Part shown: piece after piece, positions 47,196 to 56,455 of the stretch | Position numbering within the stretch: the first letter of the stretch is position 1 | Layout: every line of letters starts with the position of its first letter | NCBI GenBank assembly: GCA_958296135.2 | Contig: CATQHZ020000001.1 | Span: 1,568,001 to 1,632,000 of the forward strand | Reading direction: 5' to 3' | DNA from: an uncultured Poribacteria bacterium | GTDB taxonomy: Bacteria; Poribacteria; WGA-4E; WGA-3G | Length of the DNA: 64,000 bases | Position numbers and translations under genes: made by a program | The notes under the pieces: model-generated | The model's input: the letters and a program-made list of their open reading frames with translations, nothing else | The model's database searches: none | Told to the model about the DNA's origin: nothing

Positions 47196-47615
47196 CTACT
47201 CGGTTTTCTCTGTCAAGCCCCCATCCACTTCGGTTTTTGAGGATTGTCCGTCTTCTGCCGGGCTCTCACTCTCGGTGCTGTCCGCGCCATCTTCACCGAC
47301 GGTGTCAACCGGTTCCGGTGCTTCTCCTGCTTGCGTTTGTTCCTGCTCAATCGGTGTCAGGGCACCGCCGCCCTCCTCACCGTAGAACCGCATTAAGAAG
47401 AGTGAGATAACCATGAACCCGATGGCGAACCACGTAGTCAGTTTGCCAAGGAAGGTTGCGGCACCGCGCCCGCCAAGCATCGACTGCATCTCCGCGCCGC
47501 CAAACGCGCTTGATGACAGCCCCTCGCCTTTGCTGTCTTGTAAGAGGATGATCAGCGTCAAAATTACGCAGACCGGAACGAAAAGCACTACTGCAAATCC
47601 AATGATAATGTCCAT
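47196..47615 (-). CDS. secG: Preprotein translocase subunit SecG
   Basis: ILLQDSKGEGL..AFGG..FLGKLT; follows tpiA. Confidence 0.92.
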   Translation of the reverse strand: MDIIIGFAVVLFVPVCVILTLIILLQDSKGEGLSSSAFGGAEMQSMLGGRGAATFLGKLTTWFAIGFMVISLFLMRFYGEEGGGALTPIEQEQTQAGEAPEPVDTVGEDGADSTESESPAEDGQSSKTEVDGGLTEKTE

Positions 47616-47687
47616 GAGATATTCCTTGTAATTACGTGTCCGGTAGGCGCGCGTTCCAAGCGCACCTACGGTTGGTGTTGTTCGCGC

Positions 47688-48443
47688 CTAACTTGCGGCC
47701 TTCACGATTGCCGCGAAGGATGCCGCGTCAAGACTCGCGCCGCCGACTAATGCACCGTCTACATCCTGCTTCGCCAGCAGCTCCGCTGCATTGTCGGGTT
47801 TAACACTGCCGCCATACTGAATGCGAATCTGATCGGCGATATCATCCGAGGCGGCTAACGCCACTAAACTGCGGATGATGGAGTGGACCTCCTGTGCTTG
47901 CGCCGGCGTGGCGGTTCTCCCCGTGCCGATCGCCCAGACTGGCTCATAAGCGATGACGCAGGAGAGCAAATCCGTTGTTGATAAATCGGCGATGCCGCCC
48001 GCGACCTGGGCCGCGATAACTCCCTCCGTGCGGTCTGCCTCACGTTCTTCAAGGAGTTCACCGACGCAGATAATCGGCTTTAATCCGAGTGTTAACGCCG
48101 CCTTCGCTTTGCGATTGACGCTCTCGTTCGTCTCCCCGAAATACTGCCGCCGCTCGGAGTGCCCGACAATGACGTATTCACAACCGAGATCTTTCAACAT
48201 TGTTGACGAGACTTCGCCGGTGAATGCGCCGCTTTCTTCCCAATAAACATTTTGCGCGGCGAGACAGACGTTGCTGCCCGCTATCGTCGCGCTGACCGCG
48301 GCGAGTGCCGTAAATGGCGGCGCGACGACAATCTCAACGCCGCGTTCTTGAGCAACTAACGCCTTCAACGCTGTCGTTAGCGTAACCGCTTCCCCAACCG
48401 TGGTATTCAGTTTCCAATTTCCTGCAATGATAGGTGTTCGCAT
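47688..48443 (-). CDS. tpiA: Triosephosphate isomerase
   Basis: AGNWK, GHSERR, AYEPVWAIGTG and YGGSV motifs. Confidence 0.97.
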   Translation of the reverse strand: MRTPIIAGNWKLNTTVGEAVTLTTALKALVAQERGVEIVVAPPFTALAAVSATIAGSNVCLAAQNVYWEESGAFTGEVSSTMLKDLGCEYVIVGHSERRQYFGETNESVNRKAKAALTLGLKPIICVGELLEEREADRTEGVIAAQVAGGIADLSTTDLLSCVIAYEPVWAIGTGRTATPAQAQEVHSIIRSLVALAASDDIADQIRIQYGGSVKPDNAAELLAKQDVDGALVGGASLDAASFAAIVKAAS

Positions 48444-48459
48444 AATCCTCCCGCACCCG

Positions 48460-49464
48460 TTAAAGCACCCGTGCCACGAGCTCAACCAGACGGTTTGAGT
48501 AACCCCACTCGTTATCATACCATGAGAGCACCTTGAGCAGGCCACCCTCAATCGCTTTCGTGAAAGGTGCGTCGAAGACCGAGGAGAGCTTGTTCCCGTT
48601 GAAATCGGATGAAACCAGATCGAGTTCGGAATAGCCAAGGATGCCGCTGAGGCTGTTTGCCGCGGCGGCTTTCACAGCCGAATTCACTGCTTCGGCACTC
48701 GGTTTCTCCCGCAAATCTACCGTTAAATCGACGACAGAGACGTTCGGTGTCGGCACCCGGATGGCAAACCCATCCAGTTTACCGTTCAGTTCCGGCAACA
48801 CTTTGCCGACGGCGACAGCTGCGCCGGTTGTCGTCGGAATCATGGAGAGTGTCGCTGCGCGGGCGCGCCGCATATCGGAGTGCGGGAAGTCGTGAACCCG
48901 CTGGTCCCCCGTGTAGGCATGCACCGTCGTCATCAACCCGCTTTCAATCCCGAACTCCTCGTGCAGCACCTTCGCAACCGGTGCCAAGCAGTTCGTCGTG
49001 CAAGATGCATTGGAGATAACGTGATGACTCGCCTTATCGTATTTATCGTCGTTCACGCCGAGGACAATCGTGATGTCCTCACCCTTCGCGGGTGCAGAAA
49101 TCACCACCTTTTTCGCCCCGCCCTCGGTGATATGCTTCTCGGCATCGGCACGTTCAGTGAAGAACCCGGTCGATTCAATCACGACATCCACCCCGAGTTC
49201 ACCCCACGGCAGATTGCCCGGGTCGCGTTCGGCCAGCACTTTAATCGCTTTGCCGTTGACAACTAACCCATCTTCTGTCGCCGAGATGTCATCGGACAAA
49301 ATGCCGTGTACAGAATCATACTGCAGGAGATGCGCCAGCGTCTCCGGACTCGTCAAATCGTTGACTGCGACAAACTCTATATCTAACGCCGGATTTTTCA
49401 GGGCAGCCCGAAACGCATTCCGCCCAATCCGACCAAATCCGTTGATACCTATTTGAATTGGCAT
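48460..49464 (-). CDS. gap: Type I glyceraldehyde-3-phosphate dehydrogenase
   Basis: GINGFGRIGR, SNASCTTNCLAP and WYDNEWGYS motifs. Confidence 0.97.
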   Translation of the reverse strand: MPIQIGINGFGRIGRNAFRAALKNPALDIEFVAVNDLTSPETLAHLLQYDSVHGILSDDISATEDGLVVNGKAIKVLAERDPGNLPWGELGVDVVIESTGFFTERADAEKHITEGGAKKVVISAPAKGEDITIVLGVNDDKYDKASHHVISNASCTTNCLAPVAKVLHEEFGIESGLMTTVHAYTGDQRVHDFPHSDMRRARAATLSMIPTTTGAAVAVGKVLPELNGKLDGFAIRVPTPNVSVVDLTVDLREKPSAEAVNSAVKAAAANSLSGILGYSELDLVSSDFNGNKLSSVFDAPFTKAIEGGLLKVLSWYDNEWGYSNRLVELVARVL

Positions 49465-49650
49465 AATCTCAATATGTTCTCCCTATAGACACAGGACAGA
49501 CGCAAACCGCGCCTACCCATGGCAATGAGGCAATCCGCGTCCGTTCTGTCAGAATTGTTTTTTTTTACTTTTCTTTTTAATTATACCACAGAACGCGATT
49601 AATTGCAAGTTTAACTTGACAATTTACGCGATTTCGGGTATCCTATTTTC

Positions 49651-50472
49651 ATGTCAACACATGCTCACAGCAAATTGATTCAACCGCCGGGGAGTTTCCG
49701 CGCGATTCCGGTAGACGTGCCTGAAAACCTCGCCAATATCCGCATCATTCTCTTTGAACCGCGCGAGCCGGGAAACATCGGCTCCGTCGCCAGAGTCGTC
49801 AAGGGGATGGGACTTTCGCAGCTCTATCTGGTGAACCCTGTGCCGTTCCGCGATGTCGACGCTGCGTGGTATATGGCGCACGGCGCGAAGGACATCCTTG
49901 AAAACTGCCAGGTTGTTGATACGCTGTCAGACGCGCTCATCGGCATCCAGTATCTGGTGGGGACAACGCACCGGCGGCGCGATATGCGGCTGCAGCAACC
50001 CGTGCCGGCCCGCGAAGCCGCGCACACTATCGCGTCTATCTCGCAGGATAAACCGGTTGCGCTGCTGTTCGGACGCGAAGACTTCGGTTTATCCACCGAC
50101 CAGGTGAGTCTGTGCCAGTTAACTGCAAGCGTGCCGATGGCGACGAAAAATCCGTCGTTGAACCTTGCACAGGCGGTGCAGATCTTCGCGTATGAAGTCT
50201 TCGTCGCGAGCCTCGGCGAGGTGTCGCCAGACCCGGTTGATTACGCCGCTGTGAACGCGCTAGAGGCATTCTACGGGCGCGTTACCCGGTTGCTGGACAG
50301 AGTTGGCATGTCTCCCTATAATCATGAGTGGGAGACGTATCTGAAATCGCTGCGGCGCGTCTTCTCCCGTGCGCCGTTAGAAGAGCGGGATATCGCCACG
50401 CTGGACATGATTTTCTCGACGACGCATCGCTATATTGAGCGGTTGGAGAAGAAAATCGCGGATTCTGCTTGA
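49651..50472 (+). CDS. trmJ: TrmJ/LasT-family SPOUT RNA methyltransferase
   Basis: GNIGSVAR, FGREDFGL and SLNLAQAV motifs. Confidence 0.85.
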   Translation: MSTHAHSKLIQPPGSFRAIPVDVPENLANIRIILFEPREPGNIGSVARVVKGMGLSQLYLVNPVPFRDVDAAWYMAHGAKDILENCQVVDTLSDALIGIQYLVGTTHRRRDMRLQQPVPAREAAHTIASISQDKPVALLFGREDFGLSTDQVSLCQLTASVPMATKNPSLNLAQAVQIFAYEVFVASLGEVSPDPVDYAAVNALEAFYGRVTRLLDRVGMSPYNHEWETYLKSLRRVFSRAPLEERDIATLDMIFSTTHRYIERLEKKIADSA

Positions 50473-50546
50473 CATTTTTGGCGGTTCTAGGGTACTATAT
50501 CTATTGCTAGACGAACTAGCATTAAGATCTAAGGAGGTTTTAGACC

Positions 50547-50936
50547 ATGTGGACAATTGACAAAGTTCGGGATTTAATTCAGCAAGAATCCCATGAGGAC
50601 TACGAAGAACGCTACGCGAACGTTGATGAACTTTACTCGCGAGTTGCAGAGCTACTGAATTTAATTCAGGAGGAAAATTGGAGTTTAACTCCCAAATTCC
50701 GCCAATCCTATTGTTGCTTTTATTTTCGGGGCAGACGGGTATTTGCTGTTACCTTGTTCAGTTTGCCTACGTTTGGGATTTGGATAACGGAAAACGAGGC
50801 AGAACAGTGGGAAAGCCATTGTAAACCTCAGCGTTATGACCATTCCTACGCCTGTGCTGTTTACCCTAGGGATGCGACTGTAGACGAGCTTCTCCCCATC
50901 TTCGAGTTTGCCTACCGGAAACATCGGGGCAATTGA
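50547..50936 (+). CDS. Hypothetical protein, AT-richer, with its own promoter
   Basis: RBS aaggagg; TTGACA-18 nt-TACTAT upstream. Confidence 0.7.
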   Translation: MWTIDKVRDLIQQESHEDYEERYANVDELYSRVAELLNLIQEENWSLTPKFRQSYCCFYFRGRRVFAVTLFSLPTFGIWITENEAEQWESHCKPQRYDHSYACAVYPRDATVDELLPIFEFAYRKHRGN

Positions 50937-50990
50937 CACAGACCGTTCATAACGGGTGGATATGAACAACATCCGCCCAGACAATTAAGC

Positions 50991-53900
50991 ATGCGACACA
51001 TCAAACCCATCGTTTGGCTCATCTTTATCCTCTCCGGCGCGAGCGGCCTCATCTACGAAGTGATCTGGATGCGGCAACTCACGCTCATCTTCGGAAGCAC
51101 GGTCTTCGCCACTACCACGGTGCTAACCGCTTTCATGGCAGGTTTGGCACTCGGCAGCTTCTATTTTGGCCGGAAAATCGACGAAAGCGAGCAATCGCCC
51201 CTGCGGCTCTACGCGCTTTTAGAAGTCGGCATCGGTGTCTTCTGTCTCGTGTGGCCGCTCATTTTAGCGGCCCTAGGCGCGCTCTATGTCCTAATTCACC
51301 GCAACGTCACCTCCGAATTCTACACACTTTCGCTCATCCGATTCGTGTTGACGTTCGGGGTGCTCCTGATTCCGTCGACGTTGATGGGCGGTACGTTGCC
51401 GGTGCTGACGCGCTTTTTTGTGCAACGCTTGGAACAACTCGGTGCCAACGTTGGGATTCTGTATGCGTTGAACACGTTCGGCGCGGTCATCGGCTGTGTC
51501 GCGACTGGGTTCCTCCTGATCGAACGTCTAGGCATCCAACAGACACTCTTCGTTGGGATAGCGATTAATTTTGTCGTGGCAGGCGTAGCGGTGTTGCTGA
51601 CGCGGGCGAGCGGACAAGCCGCGCCTACCGGTAATCTTAAACGCGTCCACAAAAACGGAGATATCGGCGATACGGAGAGAGACATTGTTCACTCAGAAAC
51701 CCTCATCGAACGCCTTGCGAATGACAAAAAATTGGTTTTATGGGCGATTGGCATTTCAGGGTTCTGCGCGCTGGCCTATGAAGTCCTCTGGACGCGCATC
51801 CTCGTCTTCTTTTTGGGGAGCACGACGTATGCGTTTGCGACGATGCTGGCGGCGTTTCTGTTCGGCATCGCCCTCGGCAGCCTCCTGTTTGCGAGGTGGG
51901 TAGATAAACTCTCATCGCGCGCGATGAGCATCTTCGGCATTATCCAACTCGGTATTGGGTTCTTCGCGCTTTTGCTCATGCCTGCGTTCGAGGAGCTCTA
52001 CGGAATGAGCCGCGCGTTCCAATCCACCTTTGGCGGCGGTAGATTTTGGGCATTCTTCTCCTGCTTCCTCGTGATGAGCGTGCCGACGTTTTTGATGGGT
52101 GCCAGTTTCCCGCTGGTAACGAAGATTTATACGGGCAGTGCTGCCCAACTCGGCAGGAGCATCGGGAACGTTTACGCCGTGAACACGGTGGGAAGCATCC
52201 TCGGTTCGTTTTGCGCGGGGTTTGTCTTCATTCCGCTTTTGGGAATTCGGCCGAGCATTTTGTTGATGGTGGCATTGAACACGGGCATCGGATGTTTGCT
52301 CCTCTTCTTGCCGGTAGGCGCGGTTTCCAACCGCGCGCCTGGGCGGGCGTTCCTACAAGGGGCAGGCATCGCAATGCCGATTCTGAACGTAGGCCTGGCG
52401 GTAATTCTGCTGCTCACGGTAAATCAGCCGCTCTTCCTGAAGAGCGCGATTTTCAAAACGCAACGCCCCGGCGACACTCTTGTCGATTACAACGAAGAGG
52501 TGGACGCAACCGTCACCACGCTGAAGGATGACGAGGGTGTGTATCGGCTCTATGTGGACACGAATCAGGCGGCGGATGCCTCGCGATGGGATTCTCCCTC
52601 GCATCGGGTGATTGCGCACTTGCCGTTGCTTTTGCATCCGCGTCCGAAACGCGCGCTCGTCGTCGGGTTCGGGATGGGGCTCACCTCGCATTCCATCACG
52701 CAGCACGGGGTGCGCGTCGATGCGGTAGAGCTCTCCAGCGGCGTAATTGCCGCGGCGCAAAAGCATTTCACGCACGTCAATGGGAATGTGTTTGACAACC
52801 CGCTTTTCAACTATCGGCTCAACGATGGCAGAAACCACATCCTGATGACACAGGCGAAATATGATATGATTTCTACGGGCATCATCCATCCGCTTGTCAG
52901 CGCGGGGAGTTCCAATATTTACACCGCCGATTTTTATCGCTTGTGCAAACGGGTTTTGACAGCGGACGGGATTATGTGCCAGTGGGTGCCGTTGCATCGC
53001 CTGCCGGAGGCACACTACAAGATGATTGTGCGCACGTTCATCGAGGTGTTTCCGCACACGACACTGTGGTATAAATACACCCCCGATTTTGTCATCCTCA
53101 TCGGCACGCAGGAGCCGTTGACAATTGACTACAAAAACTTCATCGAACGCGCGCGAATAGCCAGCATCAGCGAAGGGCTCGCCGCCGATGATTTAGATGG
53201 CATGTCCTTGCTTGATTCGTTTATGATGGGACCGGGAGCAGTTCGCGAGTATGCTAGCACCGGACCCGTCCATACCGACAACCGCCCGCGCTTAGAATTT
53301 TTCAAAGGAGAGGCACTCGTCAATACGACAGCGCGAAACATCACCGGGATGGCGAAGTATCGGGAGCGTGTTACGCCGTATCTTACTAGTACCGGTGCGA
53401 CGTTGGATGAGAAAAAGGCGACGCGCCAGAGAATTGACACCTACTTTAACGCCACACAGAAGTTAATCCGAGGGCAAATTGCCTACGCTAACGCGCAGTA
53501 TGACACCGCCGCAGCCCTCATGAGCGAGGCTGTGGACATCAACCCCGTTGATGAAACGATTCGCTACAATTTCGGTGTTGTCGCAGGTTTAATTCGTGAG
53601 GACGAGCAGGAGGAACTCCGCCGACTTGAAGAGCAGGTGCAGCGTACTCTCGCGCAGAATCCTGACGACGTTCGCGGACATCTCCATTTAGCAACGCTCT
53701 ATGAAATGCGCGGCGAACTTGCGAAGGCAACGAACGAATTGGAAGTGGTGCTTCAGCGCGAACCGAATCGAGTTGCTGTCTATTTCCTCCTCGGCCCGCT
53801 CTACGAACGGCAGCAACGCTACTCGGAGGCACTCCGCACGTATGAACGCTTGGAACAGCAGGAGAGGCAGCTGCCCGCGCCTATTTTCGCGGCGATGGCG

Positions 53901-54161
53901 CAACTCCATCTGCTCCTCAAAAATCTGGCAGAGGCAGAACGTTACGGACAGCAGGGTATCGCTGCCGATGCCAACTCGTGGCGTTCGCACTACATCCTCG
54001 CGAACGTGTACGGTGAGATGAATCAACCGCAAAAACAGCGGCAGCACTACGAAAAGGCTTTGGCGGCAATTGACGCGGCACTCCGTTTGGAGCCCGATGA
54101 TCTGGAGTTACCGCTCGCCAGAGAGCACATTCAAAAGGAATTTGATCCGCGCGAAAAATAG
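50991..54161 (+). CDS. Fused membrane (MFS-like) / spermidine-synthase-like / TPR protein
   Basis: SGASGLIYEV, MGGTLP, YALNTFG repeats; VVGFGMG SAM-binding motif; HTDNRPRLEF; C-terminal TPRs. Confidence 0.88.
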   Translation: MRHIKPIVWLIFILSGASGLIYEVIWMRQLTLIFGSTVFATTTVLTAFMAGLALGSFYFGRKIDESEQSPLRLYALLEVGIGVFCLVWPLILAALGALYVLIHRNVTSEFYTLSLIRFVLTFGVLLIPSTLMGGTLPVLTRFFVQRLEQLGANVGILYALNTFGAVIGCVATGFLLIERLGIQQTLFVGIAINFVVAGVAVLLTRASGQAAPTGNLKRVHKNGDIGDTERDIVHSETLIERLANDKKLVLWAIGISGFCALAYEVLWTRILVFFLGSTTYAFATMLAAFLFGIALGSLLFARWVDKLSSRAMSIFGIIQLGIGFFALLLMPAFEELYGMSRAFQSTFGGGRFWAFFSCFLVMSVPTFLMGASFPLVTKIYTGSAAQLGRSIGNVYAVNTVGSILGSFCAGFVFIPLLGIRPSILLMVALNTGIGCLLLFLPVGAVSNRAPGRAFLQGAGIAMPILNVGLAVILLLTVNQPLFLKSAIFKTQRPGDTLVDYNEEVDATVTTLKDDEGVYRLYVDTNQAADASRWDSPSHRVIAHLPLLLHPRPKRALVVGFGMGLTSHSITQHGVRVDAVELSSGVIAAAQKHFTHVNGNVFDNPLFNYRLNDGRNHILMTQAKYDMISTGIIHPLVSAGSSNIYTADFYRLCKRVLTADGIMCQWVPLHRLPEAHYKMIVRTFIEVFPHTTLWYKYTPDFVILIGTQEPLTIDYKNFIERARIASISEGLAADDLDGMSLLDSFMMGPGAVREYASTGPVHTDNRPRLEFFKGEALVNTTARNITGMAKYRERVTPYLTSTGATLDEKKATRQRIDTYFNATQKLIRGQIAYANAQYDTAAALMSEAVDINPVDETIRYNFGVVAGLIREDEQEELRRLEEQVQRTLAQNPDDVRGHLHLATLYEMRGELAKATNELEVVLQREPNRVAVYFLLGPLYERQQRYSEALRTYERLEQQERQLPAPIFAAMAQLHLLLKNLAEAERYGQQGIAADANSWRSHYILANVYGEMNQPQKQRQHYEKALAAIDAALRLEPDDLELPLAREHIQKEFDPREK

Positions 54162-54291
54162 ATAAAGGCGTTCGCGAGGTGCTGGTCAACTTCCACTTGG
54201 CAAAGAACGTTGACGTATCAGCCTGCATTTGCCGTTGGCGATGCTTATCGCCCTCGGCAGTAGCTGAATAACCACTAGGAACAACAAAACC

Positions 54292-56379
54292 ATGTCTCAA
54301 GAAACTAGCGCGGGAGCATCTGCTTCCGCCACCTCATTTTTAAAACGCACCCACTACTGTGGTGCCCTTCGCCTCACCGATGCGGGTTCCCGCGCGCAAT
54401 TCAACGGCTGGGTGCAACGCCGCCGCGACCATGGTGGTGTCATCTTCGTTGATTTGCGCGACAGAACCGGCATCACCCAAGTTGTCTTCGATCCGCAGAT
54501 TGACGAGGCGGCACACGAACGTGCTAGTGCGGTGCGCAGCGAATTTGTGCTGAACGTCAGCGGCACCGTTCGCGAACGCGAACCGGGCGAACGCCTCTTT
54601 CAGGCAGCTGTCGCGCATCAAACTGAACTTGGCGAAGGCACCGTGTCTCCTGAATTCCGAGCCATGTTCGCCGGTGTAGACACAAAATACACGTTGTCTG
54701 ACGACATTACAGTCGCTGTCCGAGAGCCCGGTGTCCGGTGGCTGCTCACTGATGTGAAAAATAACCGCACTTATGAAATCCACCTAGCGGCGGTGCGGTT
54801 GGAAACCGCGCCGCCCGAGGAGAAGAGGCCTGTCTTAAACGTCTATCAGGGCACCGTGAATCCGGAACTCGCCACGGGTGAGGTTGAGCTCGCCGTGGAT
54901 TCTCTGAACATTCTGAATACGGCGAAAACGCCGCCGTTCCTTGTGGAAGACGACGTGGAAGTCGCCGAAGACATTCGGATGCAGTATCGGTTCATCGATT
55001 TGCGCCGGCCGGAGATGCAGCAGACGCTCGCGATGCGCCACAAAGCGGCACTCGCCGCACGCAACTACATGAACGAGCACGGCTTCCTCGAAATCGAGAC
55101 ACCTATCTTGATGAACAGCACCCCGGAAGGCGCGCGCGATGTCCTCGTGCCGAGCCGGCACTATCCCGGTAAATTCTATGCGCTCCCGCAGTCACCACAG
55201 CAGTTCAAGCAGATTCTGATGATGAGCGGCGTAGACAGGTATTTTCAGATTGCGCGATGCTTCCGCGACGAAGATACTCGGGCAGACCGGCAGCTGGAAT
55301 TCACGCAGCTTGACATCGAGATGTCCTTCGCGGATGTAGACAATGTGCTGGAAGTCACTGAAGGGCTCATGAAGCGGATATTTGAAGAGGCAGGCGGCAT
55401 TCCCGTTCAAACACCGTTCCTGCGGCTGCCTTATCACGAATCGATGGCACGCTTCGGTAACGACAAGCCGGATACACGATTCGGCATGGAACTGACAGCC
55501 CTTGGTGATGTCATGGCGGCCTCCGATTTTCAGGTGTTCAAGCGTGCGCTAGCAAGCGGCGGGCAGGTGAAAGCCATCGCTGTTCCAGGCGGCGCAGATT
55601 TCTCGCGCAAGGACATTGATGAGCTGACGAAGTTCGTCGGTATCTATCGCGCAAAGGGGTTGGCATGGGTAAAGGTTACCGCTGACGGTTTTTCATCCGG
55701 CATCGTCAAGTTTTTCAAGCCGGGACAGTTGGAGATAGCGCAGGAGCGGACCGGCGCGCAACCGGGTGACATCATGTTCTTCGTCGCTGACCGGGCGAAT
55801 GTCGTCGCCGATGCACTCGGGAACCTCCGGACGCATCTCGCGCGCAAACTGGACATGATTGACGAAACCCGCTACAATTTCCTCTGGATTGTCGACTATC
55901 CGCTCTTTGAGTGGAACGCCGAAGTACATCGGTATGAGCCGTTTCACCACCTCTTCACCGGCGCGACGGATGAGACAGTCGGCTTACTTGACACCGACCC
56001 GGGGAAAGTGCAGAGCCAACACTATGATCTGGTTTGCAACGGCTACGAAATCTGTAGTGGTAGCGTCCGGATCCACCGGTGGGATATCCAACAGAAGGTT
56101 TTTGACGTTTTGAAAATCAGTCCGGCGGATGTCAAAAGTCGGTTTGGGTATTTCATCGATGCGTTAGAATACGGCACGCCGCCGCACGCCGGCATCGCCC
56201 CTGGCTTGGACAGAATTGTTATGCTGATGCGCAACGAGGAGAACATCCGGGAGGTAATTGCCTTTCCGAAATCGCAGCAGGGACTTTGCCCATTGACGCA
56301 TGCTCCCTCTGTTGTCACGGATGAACAATTGGCAGAATTGTCCATCCGCGTGGATGCCCCGGTAGGCGCGGATGCCTAA
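54292..56379 (+). CDS. aspS: Aspartate-tRNA ligase (probably non-discriminating) with an 88-aa insert
   Basis: RDHGGVIFVDLRD, ALPQSPQ, CFRDED, GAD domain and GLDR motifs. Confidence 0.96.
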   Translation: MSQETSAGASASATSFLKRTHYCGALRLTDAGSRAQFNGWVQRRRDHGGVIFVDLRDRTGITQVVFDPQIDEAAHERASAVRSEFVLNVSGTVREREPGERLFQAAVAHQTELGEGTVSPEFRAMFAGVDTKYTLSDDITVAVREPGVRWLLTDVKNNRTYEIHLAAVRLETAPPEEKRPVLNVYQGTVNPELATGEVELAVDSLNILNTAKTPPFLVEDDVEVAEDIRMQYRFIDLRRPEMQQTLAMRHKAALAARNYMNEHGFLEIETPILMNSTPEGARDVLVPSRHYPGKFYALPQSPQQFKQILMMSGVDRYFQIARCFRDEDTRADRQLEFTQLDIEMSFADVDNVLEVTEGLMKRIFEEAGGIPVQTPFLRLPYHESMARFGNDKPDTRFGMELTALGDVMAASDFQVFKRALASGGQVKAIAVPGGADFSRKDIDELTKFVGIYRAKGLAWVKVTADGFSSGIVKFFKPGQLEIAQERTGAQPGDIMFFVADRANVVADALGNLRTHLARKLDMIDETRYNFLWIVDYPLFEWNAEVHRYEPFHHLFTGATDETVGLLDTDPGKVQSQHYDLVCNGYEICSGSVRIHRWDIQQKVFDVLKISPADVKSRFGYFIDALEYGTPPHAGIAPGLDRIVMLMRNEENIREVIAFPKSQQGLCPLTHAPSVVTDEQLAELSIRVDAPVGADA

Positions 56380-56388
56380 GCGGCGCGT

Positions 56389-56416
56389 AGGGCGGGGGAT
56401 TTCCCCGCCTTCTTTT
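56389..56416 (+). terminator. REP-like hairpin with U-tract after aspS
   Basis: ggcgggg gattt ccccgcc ttctttt. Confidence 0.55.
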
Positions 56417-56455
56417 AACCCCCGTTAGGGGTAACATATTTATAGGAGCAAACTT

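Noticed and set aside
54162-54291. 6S RNA or T-box
   Set aside because: It is too short for 6S RNA and has no T-box consensus; kept only as an unassigned structured leader.
54589-54852. Intein in aspS
   Set aside because: There is no N-terminal Cys/Ser or C-terminal His-Asn, and it is too short for a Hint fold.
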